A stretch of DNA of 32,000 nucleotides from Moraxella nasicaprae (GTDB lineage: Bacteria; Pseudomonadota; Gammaproteobacteria; Pseudomonadales; Moraxellaceae). The stretch covers positions 1,200,001-1,232,000 of the forward strand of contig NZ_CP089977.1 of the NCBI RefSeq assembly GCF_025643275.1. The letters run 5' to 3'. A program made the translations under genes and the position numbers. Position 1 is the first letter of the stretch, and each line of letters opens with the position of its first letter. A model generated the notes under the pieces. It worked only from the letters and a program-made list of their open reading frames with translations. It made no database searches and had not been told where the DNA came from. Positions 7,848-16,226 of the stretch are shown here, one piece after another.

Positions 7848-9305
7848 TTATTTGTTGTCGTTTTCTAGTTTGTCTTGTAGGCGACGCAGGTAACGAGCTG
7901 CCGCTTCTTGACCGCCCAAGCCAAATGATAGAGCAAAGGCAACAGCAACAGCACCCAAAGTTAGACCAAAGGCAAGATTGACGATAGAGTCAGCGATGCC
8001 CATGGCTTTTAGACCCATTGCCAAAACCAGACCCATAATCAAGACACGCACGATGTTGGCTAGGAATTTTGAACCTTGTTCTGAACGCTCCACCACACCA
8101 GCGATGATGTTGGCAAGCCAAAAACCGATGGTTAGGATAACCGCACCTAAGATGATTTGACTACCAAAGGCGATGAACATAGTAACGATGTCGCTGATTT
8201 GGGCAAAGCCAAGTAGGTCGGCTGCTGCAACGGTGGCAAACAGCATGGCGAAGAATAAAATCGCACCACTAACGATGTCAGATAGGCTTTTTGTGCCCAG
8301 CACATTTTGCATGCCAATTTTGGCTGGTAAAGCGTTGATTTGAGTGCTATCAAGCAGACCTTTGATGATGCCTGCAATCATACGCACCACAAAATAAGTG
8401 ATGGCAAGTACAGCGACTGCGGTGAATACATTTGGCAATGATTCCATCACTTTGTTGAGCATATTGGTCGCAGGACGAGAGATGGCTTCAACTTTTAAGG
8501 CATCAAGAGCTGCGATGGTGAATGGCATGATAATTAGCAAGAATGCCACAGAACCTGCAATGTTTGGTAGGCTGTTCTTTTCGCTCACACCTGCTTTGCT
8601 GGCTAGGGCTTGAATATTTAGACCTGCCACTAAGTTGGTGGCGATAGAGCGAACAATCTTGGCAACAACGAAACCAACAAAGAACACAAAGCCTGCCATC
8701 ACTGCATTTGGCATGAAACTAAAAATCTTATCAACCATATTGGTCAATGGGGTAAATAGACCATCTAGACCCAAACGACCAACCACCATGGTCAATACAA
8801 TCAGCAAGATAAACCAATAAATCACATCAGCGATGGTGCTGCTCATTGGTTTGACACCAGCTTCGGCAGATAGTTTGTCATCTAGTGAAGTTTTGTTCAA
8901 GGCAGCGGCAGCAGCATTGCGAGCAATGGTCGCCACAAACCAGCCGATTGCACCAACAGCAACGGCGGCTAATAGATTTGGCAAGAACAGCAGCACTTGG
9001 TTAATCATATTGGCAAAAGGCACTGAGATTGAATTTAGGTTTAATTGGTTCAACGCACCAGAAATGGCGATGGCAAATACAAACCAAAAGACAATTTTTG
9101 AAAGAATGTTGTCCAGCTGGTAAGTAGTGCCAACCGATTTACCGACTTTTTCGTTGATATTAAGATGTTGTAGGGCTTTGCGAACGATGGCGGCAAGCAC
9201 AAGGGCAATCAGCCAGCCTAGCACAAAAATGACAATCGCACCAATGATAGAACCAATAGGTCCTTGTAGGCTTTGATTGAAAATGGCGATTTTTGAGAAA
9301 TCCAT
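7848..9305 (-). CDS. Polytopic inner-membrane protein built from tandem 'conserved TM helix' type repeats (MscS-associated family; function unknown)
   Basis: 485 aa and almost entirely hydrophobic helices. Three clear repeats of about 90 residues each begin (A/T)NM-x-(N/D)(Q/K)-x5-(L/M)PN. The C-terminal tail is charged. The family assignment is from memory of the motif, not from a search. Confidence 0.8.
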   Translation of the reverse strand: MDFSKIAIFNQSLQGPIGSIIGAIVIFVLGWLIALVLAAIVRKALQHLNINEKVGKSVGTTYQLDNILSKIVFWFVFAIAISGALNQLNLNSISVPFANMINQVLLFLPNLLAAVAVGAIGWFVATIARNAAAAALNKTSLDDKLSAEAGVKPMSSTIADVIYWFILLIVLTMVVGRLGLDGLFTPLTNMVDKIFSFMPNAVMAGFVFFVGFVVAKIVRSIATNLVAGLNIQALASKAGVSEKNSLPNIAGSVAFLLIIMPFTIAALDALKVEAISRPATNMLNKVMESLPNVFTAVAVLAITYFVVRMIAGIIKGLLDSTQINALPAKIGMQNVLGTKSLSDIVSGAILFFAMLFATVAAADLLGFAQISDIVTMFIAFGSQIILGAVILTIGFWLANIIAGVVERSEQGSKFLANIVRVLIMGLVLAMGLKAMGIADSIVNLAFGLTLGAVAVAFALSFGLGGQEAAARYLRRLQDKLENDNK

Positions 9306-9589
9306 ACCATTGACTCCATTAAAAATGATTATAACAAATTATTGAAAATTTTCACGGACTTTCTTGACAATTTTGAAATACTTTATCAATAAAATCCGAA
9401 TACGCCCCATTGTAACACCAAAAATGCAGTTTTTTGGGCGAGCGTTAAACTTTGCTCACAAAATTAACAATACTTATACAGCTTTTGCCAAAACGCACGG
9501 ATTTTTGATGGCAAAAAAATTGAATTTTTGATATGATGGGCAAAATTTCGACATTCCGTCATTTTTGACATTTTTTTGGATTTAAGATT

Positions 9590-10456
9590 ATGAAAAAACA
9601 CATTTTGGTATCAGCAATCGTTGCTGCACTTGCCCTGACTGGCTGTAACAAAGACAAAGAAGCTGCTCCTGCTGACGGCAAAGCGGCTAAATCTACCGTG
9701 ATTAACGAAAAAAGCACCGAGATGCAAAAGGTCAGTTTCTTGCTTGGTTTTAACACAGGCAAGGACATGAAAGAGCTGGATAGCGAGATTGACCTAGATA
9801 TTTTCTACAAAGCCATGAAAGACGGTTTTAATGGCAAAGAAAATGCCTTGACCGACGAAGAAATCAAAGAGCTGGCAACCGCTTACGAAAAACGCAAAAC
9901 CGAAGAGGCCAAGAAAAAGTTTGACGAAACTGCTGCCAAAAACAAAGCTGATGGCGAAAAATTCTTGGCTGAAAACGCCAAAAAAGAAGGCGTACAAACC
10001 ACTGCATCAGGCTTGCAATATAAAGTCATCACCGAAGGTACTGGCAAACAACCAAAAGCCACTGACACTGTTGTGGTGCATTATGAAGGTAAACTGCTAG
10101 ATGGTAAAGTGTTTGATAGTTCGTATGAGCGTCAAATGCCAGCACAGTTCCAGCTAAATCAAGTCATCAAAGGCTGGACAGAAGGTCTGCAACTGATGAA
10201 AGAGGGTTCAAAATATGAGTTTTATGTGCCATCAGAGCTTGCTTATGGTGCAGAAGGTAATCAAAACATCGAACCAAACAGCGTGCTGATTTTCACGGTT
10301 GAGCTACTGACCGAAGCCCAAGCCAAAGAGGCTGTCGCTAAGGCTCAGGCTGAGCTTGAAAAACAAATGAAAGCGATGCAAGAAGCCCAAGCTGCTCAAC
10401 AATCTGCTGGTGAAGCTAAGACTGACGCAGCAGGTCAAGACCAAGCCAAAAAATAA
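9590..10456 (+). CDS. fkpA: FKBP-type peptidyl-prolyl cis-trans isomerase, Mip/FkpA-like lipoprotein
   Basis: 288 aa. Signal peptide with lipobox LALTGC, an N-terminal helical dimerisation region, and an FKBP domain (VVVHYEGKLLDGKVFDSS...GWTEGLQLMKEGSKYEFYVPSELAYG). There is an extra Ala/Gln/Lys-rich C-terminal tail. Confidence 0.92.
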   Translation: MKKHILVSAIVAALALTGCNKDKEAAPADGKAAKSTVINEKSTEMQKVSFLLGFNTGKDMKELDSEIDLDIFYKAMKDGFNGKENALTDEEIKELATAYEKRKTEEAKKKFDETAAKNKADGEKFLAENAKKEGVQTTASGLQYKVITEGTGKQPKATDTVVVHYEGKLLDGKVFDSSYERQMPAQFQLNQVIKGWTEGLQLMKEGSKYEFYVPSELAYGAEGNQNIEPNSVLIFTVELLTEAQAKEAVAKAQAELEKQMKAMQEAQAAQQSAGEAKTDAAGQDQAKK

Positions 10457-10469
10457 GCCAGCAGACAAC

Positions 10470-10501
10470 AAAAAACCGCTCTTGATGGGGCGGTTTTTTT
10501 T
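10470..10501 (+). terminator. Rho-independent terminator after fkpA
   Basis: ACCGCTC-TTGATG-GGGGCGGT stem followed by a T9 run. Confidence 0.75.
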
Positions 10502-10624
10502 GTCAGGCAATCCAAGTAATATCAAGAATGATGAATTTACCATAATCCAACAGTTTAGCCATTCATTATTGATGATGATTATGCTATGCTATGGTCGATT
10601 TATTTTTTGACAAAAAGGGTTTTT

Positions 10625-11188
10625 ATGAAAGCATATGGCGTACTTGTAGCAAGTTTGGCGGTTTTTGGTTTGACAGCGTGTGCATCACTACCAAACACGC
10701 CTTCATTGCCAAATCTGGGTAAAATTTTACCAACCAGCACTCAAAACACCGCTGCCCAAGCAGGCGAGGCAGCTGCTCCGACCGTTTCGACCAGCGAAAA
10801 CATCAATGCTGTGGTCAATGCCTTTGTGGTGCGTCAGGCTGGCGGTAGTGAGACTTTGGAACCAGTTACTGCCAATACCGCCATCAAGTCAGGCGATGTA
10901 ATTGAGTATCATGGTTTGTTCACCAATACAGGCAAAGACCGTGTGCGTCAAATGACAGTAACACTTGCCTTGCCACAAGGTGCGGCTTTCACAGGCGTGA
11001 CTGAGCCTGCGTTGGGCGTTAAGGCAAGTTTGGATAATAGCCGTTTTGTCTTTATGCCAATTCGTGTCAGCAATAATGGTGCGGTTGAGAATGTACCATT
11101 TGCTCAGTATAAGGCACTTCGCTGGACGATTGAGGAGATTGGCATCGGTGCAACGGCGGTGGTTAAATACCGTGCAACCATCCAATAA
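10625..11188 (+). CDS. Small lipoprotein of unknown function (single beta-sandwich, DUF11-like impression)
   Basis: I prefer the start at ATG 10625 (AAGGG 8 nt upstream) over the track's 10586. Signal peptide MKAYGVLVASLAVFGLTAC with a lipobox. The GDVIEYHGLFTNTGKD segment resembles 'conserved repeat domain' proteins. Confidence 0.75.
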   Translation: MKAYGVLVASLAVFGLTACASLPNTPSLPNLGKILPTSTQNTAAQAGEAAAPTVSTSENINAVVNAFVVRQAGGSETLEPVTANTAIKSGDVIEYHGLFTNTGKDRVRQMTVTLALPQGAAFTGVTEPALGVKASLDNSRFVFMPIRVSNNGAVENVPFAQYKALRWTIEEIGIGATAVVKYRATIQ

Positions 11189-11200
11189 TAAAAGATAAAT

Positions 11201-11230
11201 AAAAAACCACTCTATTTTGAGTGGTTTTTT
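11201..11230 (+). terminator. Rho-independent terminator
   Basis: Perfect stem AAAAAACCACTC / GAGTGGTTTTTT with a 6-nt loop. Confidence 0.8.
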
Positions 11231-11401
11231 ATTTCATAAATCACATCATTTTTGGGGGTTTGGTAGGAATTTGGTTGCTAAATTAGAAATATTATTATTT
11301 ACAATAGCATTGTGCCAATAATTGTTTTATAATATTCAACTCATTTATCAATTATTTTTTTATTAGTTGTGCTGACGACTAGATATTTGGACGAGTATGC
11401 A

Positions 11402-12403
11402 ATGAAGAAATTAACCACACTTGCTTTGGCGGTATTGATGACAACAGGTTTGGCGGCTTGCGGTAAAGAAGATAAGTCATCTGAGCAAAATGCCGAGCAA
11501 GTTACTCAAACAAAAACAGATTCAGCAGATGTTCAAGCAAGCAACACCCCAACAGAGCAGATGACCATCAAAACCGCAACAGGCGAGCAGCAAATCCCTG
11601 CCAATCCACACCCGCTGGCGGTGTATGATATGACAGCGATGCAGAACTTGGCAGTATTGGGCGTGCCAGTCGAGGGCATGCCGTCAGGTTTGCGTCTAAA
11701 TAATCTAAAAGCCGCCAATACCCCAGAATCTGCCGACATTGGCACATTGTTTGAGCCAAATTTGGAGGCATTGAACGCCTTGCAACCAAAAGCAGTATTG
11801 GTGGGTAGCCGTATGGCGGAAAAAAGCGAAGAGATTGCTAAGGTTGCCCCTGTTTATAATCTGACCATTGACACCAATAATGTCTATGAGGCGACCAAGC
11901 AACAACTGACGGATTTTGGTAAATTGTTTGGCAAAGAGGCCGAAGCCAAAACCGCTATTACCGAAATTGATGCCGTAATTGCCGAAGCTCAAAAGGCGGT
12001 TGCTGGCAAGGGTAACGGCTTGGCGATTTTGGTCAATGGCAACAAATTATCTGCCTATGGCAAAAACTCTCGTTATGGATTTTTGCATACCACTTTTGGG
12101 ATTCCGATGGCTGATGAGCATATCCAAGAAGCAAGACACGGACAGCCGATTTCTTTTGAATACCTACAAAAAACTGACCCAGATTGGTTGTTTGTGCTAG
12201 ACCGTGGTGCGGCGATTGGCGAAGAGGGCGAATCTGCTGAATCGGTGTTGAACAATCCGCTTATGCACAACACCAAAGCCTACAAAAACGGACAAATTGT
12301 CTATCTAAGTGCCGAAAGCTACTTGGCGTTTGGTGGCTATTATCAATGGCTCACTGATGCCAGAATCGTCATTGATGCCTTTAATGCCAAAAATAATCCT
12401 TGA
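11402..12403 (+). CDS. Siderophore/iron-chelate ABC transporter substrate-binding lipoprotein (VctP/CeuE/YclQ type)
   Basis: I prefer the start at ATG 11402 (MKKLTTLALAVLMTTGLAACG lipobox). It has the fold signature of a cluster-A periplasmic binding protein (PLAVYDM...LGVPV...LEALNALQPKAVLVGSRM...DPDWLFVLDRG) and is followed by two FecCD permeases and an ATPase. Confidence 0.88.
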   Translation: MKKLTTLALAVLMTTGLAACGKEDKSSEQNAEQVTQTKTDSADVQASNTPTEQMTIKTATGEQQIPANPHPLAVYDMTAMQNLAVLGVPVEGMPSGLRLNNLKAANTPESADIGTLFEPNLEALNALQPKAVLVGSRMAEKSEEIAKVAPVYNLTIDTNNVYEATKQQLTDFGKLFGKEAEAKTAITEIDAVIAEAQKAVAGKGNGLAILVNGNKLSAYGKNSRYGFLHTTFGIPMADEHIQEARHGQPISFEYLQKTDPDWLFVLDRGAAIGEEGESAESVLNNPLMHNTKAYKNGQIVYLSAESYLAFGGYYQWLTDARIVIDAFNAKNNP

Positions 12404-12415
12404 TTTGCAAGATAA

Positions 12416-12446
12416 GTAAAGAGCCGTTTTGGTTCTTTACTTTTTT
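12416..12446 (+). terminator. Strong intrinsic terminator/attenuator between the binding-protein gene and the permease genes
   Basis: 10-bp stem GTAAAGAGCC / GGTTCTTTAC (one G-U pair), 5-nt loop, then T6. It lies 13 nt after the stop codon. Confidence 0.7.
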
Positions 12447-12477
12447 GATAATGGGATTTTTCATTTTTTGTTCAGCT

Positions 12478-12496
12478 GCTGATGAATATAATCAGC
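12478..12496. promoter_or_regulatory. Candidate Fur-like operator overlapping a TATAAT hexamer upstream of the permease genes
   Basis: GCTGATGAATATAATCAGC is a 19-bp near-palindrome (7 of 9 arm positions pair). It matches the E. coli Fur box GATAATGATAATCATTATC at 12/19. It contains TATAAT (12487-12492) and is flanked by two direct copies of TCAGCTGC 20 bp apart. It lies 35-53 bp before ATG 12531. Confidence 0.35.
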
Positions 12497-12530
12497 TGCC
12501 AAGCCAATAACCATCAATCCATCAAAATCT

Positions 12531-13517
12531 ATGACCAAATCCAACCTCATTTTATCGCCGATACTACTTAATGCTGGCAGTGTACTGTTATTAGCACTGC
12601 TGGCATTGGTAAGCGTGTCGGTGGGCGTGGCAGATTTTTCTTGGCAGGGATTGCTTGGGCAGTCAGGTCAAGATTGGCAATTGCTGCTGGTCAGTCGCCT
12701 GCCTCGTACGCTTGCCATTATTTTGACAGGGGCGAGCATGGCGGTTGCTGGCATGATGATGCAGGTCGTCCTAAAAAACCGTTTTGTTGAGCCGTCTATG
12801 GTGGGGGCCACTCAAAGTGCGGCGTTGGGTATGCTGATGACGGTCTTGCTTTATCCTGCTGCTTCGGTGATGATGAAGATTGTCATTGCAACCATTTGTG
12901 CGATGATTGGTATGATGGTGTTCATGCGACTGATTCGTCGTCTGCCAGCCACAGATTATCTCATCGTTCCTTTGGTGGGTATTGTCTATGGCGGTATCAT
13001 TGATGCGTTTAGCACTTTTATTGCTTATCAAACAGAGATGGTGCAGCTGCTTGGCGTATGGCGATTTGGCGATTTTTCGTCAATCTTGGCAGGTCGATAT
13101 GAGATGCTGTGGCTGGTCGGTATTTTGGCGGTGGTTGCCTATGTGCTGGCGGATAGATTGACCATTGTCGGACTTGGCGACCATATTGCCAAAAACTTGG
13201 GCGTGAATAAAGAGCTGGTGATGTGGCTATCGGTGGCGATGGTGGCATTGATTAGCTCGGTGGTGGTCTCAACAGTGGGCATGATTCCTTTTGTGGGATT
13301 GATTGTGCCAAACATCATCAGCCGTATGATGGGCGATAGACTAAGATTGACCCTGCCTGCGGTGGCACTTTTTGGTTCATCAGCAGTCCTGATTTGTGAC
13401 ATCATCGGGCGAGTGATTCGTTATCCTTTTGAGATTCCTGTGACGGTGGTGTTTGGTGTGCTGGGTGCATTGGTTTTTTTGGTATTGCTGTTTCATAATT
13501 CACGCCAAGCAGGATAA
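12531..13517 (+). CDS. Iron-chelate ABC transporter permease (FecCD family, VctD/CeuB-like)
   Basis: 328 aa with about 9-10 TM helices. FecCD-type blocks are present (RLPRTLAIILTGASMAVAGMMMQ, G.IPFVGLIVPNI). Confidence 0.92.
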   Translation: MTKSNLILSPILLNAGSVLLLALLALVSVSVGVADFSWQGLLGQSGQDWQLLLVSRLPRTLAIILTGASMAVAGMMMQVVLKNRFVEPSMVGATQSAALGMLMTVLLYPAASVMMKIVIATICAMIGMMVFMRLIRRLPATDYLIVPLVGIVYGGIIDAFSTFIAYQTEMVQLLGVWRFGDFSSILAGRYEMLWLVGILAVVAYVLADRLTIVGLGDHIAKNLGVNKELVMWLSVAMVALISSVVVSTVGMIPFVGLIVPNIISRMMGDRLRLTLPAVALFGSSAVLICDIIGRVIRYPFEIPVTVVFGVLGALVFLVLLFHNSRQAG

Positions 13518-13522
13518 AAGTG

Positions 13523-14494
13523 ATGAGTATGTTGTCTGTCATCAAAAAACACCCCATTGCCACAGCATCACTACTGTTGTTGGGTGCGTGCCTACTATTT
13601 TTGGGGCTAAATTTGGTGGGTAATGTGGAATTTGCCTTGCAACTTCGTGGCAAAAAATTGCTTGCCTTATTGACGGTGGGTTTTGCCATCGGTACTTCAA
13701 CTTTATTATTTCAAACCTTGACACACAATCCCATTTTGACCCCAGCATTGCTTGGTTTTGATAGCTTATATGTACTTATCAAGAGTTTGATGGTGTTCTT
13801 TTTGGGCTCGGTGGGTATGGCAAACATCTTACCCATTGGCAAATTTGGCTTCGAGGTTGTGTTGATGCTAGTGTTATCAATGCTACTGTTTCGTTGGCTG
13901 TTTGCTGGTCGTGGACAAGATTTGACACGGCTGATTTTGGTGGGTGTGGTGTTTGGTCTGTTGTTTCGCAGCTTATCTTATTTGGTGGCACGAATGATTG
14001 ACCCAGAGGAGTTTGTTACCGTGCAAGCGGTCAGCTATGCTCAGTTTAATACCATCAATACCCAAGTGTTGAGCGTGGCAGTTTTGGTCTGTCTAGGCTG
14101 TGCCTTGCTGATGTATCGCCTACGCCATCAATGTGATGTGCTGATGCTTGGTCGATTGCCTGCCGTCAATCTGGGCATCAATTATCCAAAATTGGGCTTA
14201 TTGCTGTTGATGATGATTGCCTTGTTGGTGTCAGTCTCTACCGCCATGGTCGGACCAGTGACTTTTTTTGGACTATTGGTGTGTGCTTTAACTAATCAAC
14301 TGTGCCATCAGATGTATCATGGTCAAAGACTGGTCTTGGTGAGTGTGATTGCGATGTTGTGCTTGGTGGGTGGTCAGATGATTTTTGAGCATATTTTGGG
14401 CATGGCAGGCGTGCTAGAAGTGGTCATCGAATTGGTGGGCGGACTGGTCTTTTTGTGGTTAATTTTTCATCAATATCGACATCAAAAGGGGTAG
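13523..14494 (+). CDS. Iron-chelate ABC transporter permease (FecCD family, VctG/CeuC-like)
   Basis: Polytopic protein. AGGA lies 8 nt upstream of ATG 13523; the track's 13520 GTG is an equally possible start. It starts 5 nt after the upstream permease's stop. Confidence 0.9.
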   Translation: MSMLSVIKKHPIATASLLLLGACLLFLGLNLVGNVEFALQLRGKKLLALLTVGFAIGTSTLLFQTLTHNPILTPALLGFDSLYVLIKSLMVFFLGSVGMANILPIGKFGFEVVLMLVLSMLLFRWLFAGRGQDLTRLILVGVVFGLLFRSLSYLVARMIDPEEFVTVQAVSYAQFNTINTQVLSVAVLVCLGCALLMYRLRHQCDVLMLGRLPAVNLGINYPKLGLLLLMMIALLVSVSTAMVGPVTFFGLLVCALTNQLCHQMYHGQRLVLVSVIAMLCLVGGQMIFEHILGMAGVLEVVIELVGGLVFLWLIFHQYRHQKG

Positions 14495-14497
14495 AAT

Positions 14498-15256
14498 GTG
14501 ATTCAAGTTAGCCAAATCAATCATCAGTTAAACAAGCAGCAGATACTTCGTGATGTGTCTTTGTCATTAGAAGCAGGGCAAGTGATTGCTTTGATTGGTC
14601 CTAATGGTGCAGGCAAATCGACGCTGTTTTCGTTGATGGCACGCATTTGCCCACTACAATCAGGTGTGGTCAAATTTGGCGAGTATGACATCGCCAAGAC
14701 GGACCAGCAAACGCTTGCTAAGCAGCTTGCGATGCTGACCCAAGAAAACCATGTGCAAGGCAGATTGCGTGTCAAAGAGTTATTGATGTTTGGGCGATTT
14801 CCATATCATCAGGGCAGTCCCAGCGTAGCAGATTGGCAAAAAGTACAAGAGGTCATTGATGAGTTTGAATTGAGCGAACTTGCCGATCGGTTTTTGTCCG
14901 ACTTATCAGGTGGGCAACGCCAGCGAGTATTGATTGCGATGATTGTGTGCCAAGACACGCCCTATGTGTTACTTGACGAGCCTCTCAACAACCTTGATAT
15001 GTATCACGCTGGCAAATTGATGAGAAAACTTAGGGCGTTATCACAACAGGGCAAGACCATCGTCATCGTTTTGCATGACATCAACCAAGCCGCCCAATTT
15101 GCTGATACGGTGGTGATGATGAAACAGGGTCAGGTGATGGCGGTTGGGGAGCCTGCCTGCGTACTGACTGCTGATGCGATGTATGACCTATATGGAGTGA
15201 AAGCCACTGTACTGACCCATCAGGGACGACCAGTCATCGTGGACACGCTAAACTGA
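14498..15256 (+). CDS. Iron-chelate ABC transporter ATP-binding protein (VctC/CeuD-like)
   Basis: 252 aa with a GTG start 3 nt after the upstream stop. Walker A GPNGAGKST, signature LSGGQRQR, Walker B VLLDEP, H-loop VLHD. Confidence 0.94.
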   Translation: MIQVSQINHQLNKQQILRDVSLSLEAGQVIALIGPNGAGKSTLFSLMARICPLQSGVVKFGEYDIAKTDQQTLAKQLAMLTQENHVQGRLRVKELLMFGRFPYHQGSPSVADWQKVQEVIDEFELSELADRFLSDLSGGQRQRVLIAMIVCQDTPYVLLDEPLNNLDMYHAGKLMRKLRALSQQGKTIVIVLHDINQAAQFADTVVMMKQGQVMAVGEPACVLTADAMYDLYGVKATVLTHQGRPVIVDTLN

Positions 15257-15259
15257 GGT

Positions 15260-16222
15260 TTAGTCGCTGGCAATAAGAGCGGTTTTGATGTCATCAGCCG
15301 CTTTTATTTTTTTGACTGTCTGCCAAAGCCTATCTGCTTGCTCATAGCCTTTGGTCAGCATTCCAAGCCATTGTTTGTAGCGTCCGACAAGTCCATTTTG
15401 GTTGTCGGTGTCGTCATTTAAAAACTCCAATTGATAAGGCAATAATCCTTGCCAATCCAGCACTTTGCCATTGCCAATTTGGGCGATTAAATCAGGTCTT
15501 GTTACCGCCCCACGCCCAAGCATTAAATGAGGGGTGTGGGCTTCTTGGCTACAACGCTTGGCATCATCTGCCGTCCAAATCTCACCATTGGCAATCACAG
15601 GTATGCCAAGCTGGGTAAAGGCGGTGATTTTATCCCAATAAGCAGGCGGTTTGTAGCCGTCCACTTTGGTGCGAGCGTGAACTGTCAGCCAGCTTGCGTT
15701 GGCAGATTTGACCGCCTGCCCAATGTCGTTCATTTTGGAAGTGTCAGTATAGCCTAGGCGGATTTTTGCCGATACTGGAATGTGCTTGGGGACGGCTTGG
15801 CGGACTTGGCTGATGATGGCGTACAGCGTTTCAGGTTCGTCAAGTAGCACCGAACCGCCCTTGTGGTTATTGACCGTCTTGGCAGGGCAACCAAAGTTTA
15901 AATCAATCACCAATGCCCCACAAGAGACCGCCACCATCGCACTTTGTGCCATTGTATCAGGGTTGTTGCCCAAAAGCTGAATGTGAACAGGCGTACCGCT
16001 TGCCGTCTTACCGCCATTGTGTAGCTCTGGCACAAATTTATAAAAGGTGTGGGCAGGCAGTGGGTAATGGGTAACACGGATAAACTCACTTACCGCCCAA
16101 TCATAGGGCGTACCCAAATCGGTGGCAATCTGGGTTAAAATCTTTCGCATTAGGGGGTCTGTTAAGCCTTCCATTGGGGCAAGCAGACGAACAGAATTTT
16201 GGAAAAAATTTTGAAAATTCAT
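15260..16222 (-). CDS. dusC: tRNA-dihydrouridine(16) synthase
   Basis: Collinear with E. coli DusC from LLAPMEGLTD through LNFGCPAKTV, SAKIRLG, HARTK and IPVIANGEIW. I place the start at ATG 16222 (MNFQNFF...). The track's longer ORF to 16306 overlaps the upstream gene. Confidence 0.9.
   Translation of the reverse strand: MNFQNFFQNSVRLLAPMEGLTDPLMRKILTQIATDLGTPYDWAVSEFIRVTHYPLPAHTFYKFVPELHNGGKTASGTPVHIQLLGNNPDTMAQSAMVAVSCGALVIDLNFGCPAKTVNNHKGGSVLLDEPETLYAIISQVRQAVPKHIPVSAKIRLGYTDTSKMNDIGQAVKSANASWLTVHARTKVDGYKPPAYWDKITAFTQLGIPVIANGEIWTADDAKRCSQEAHTPHLMLGRGAVTRPDLIAQIGNGKVLDWQGLLPYQLEFLNDDTDNQNGLVGRYKQWLGMLTKGYEQADRLWQTVKKIKAADDIKTALIASD
15275..15313 (+). terminator. Plus-strand intrinsic terminator for the ABC operon, embedded in the 3' coding end of the convergent dusC
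   Basis: AAGAGCGG...CCGCTTTT stem with an inner TGAT/ATCA stem, followed by TTTTATTTTTTT on the plus strand. It begins 19 nt after the ATPase stop. Confidence 0.5.
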
Positions 16223-16226
16223 TGGG

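Noticed and set aside
7730-7981. 83-aa plus-strand ORF
   Set aside because: It spans the IS30 remnant tail and the terminator and then runs antisense into the 7848-9305 gene. There is no coding signal.
11281-11299. Fur-box-like sequence AATTAGAAATATTATTATT upstream of the siderophore binding-protein gene
   Set aside because: Only 11/19 matches, in very AT-rich DNA, which is close to chance. I mention it in the findings but do not call it as a feature.
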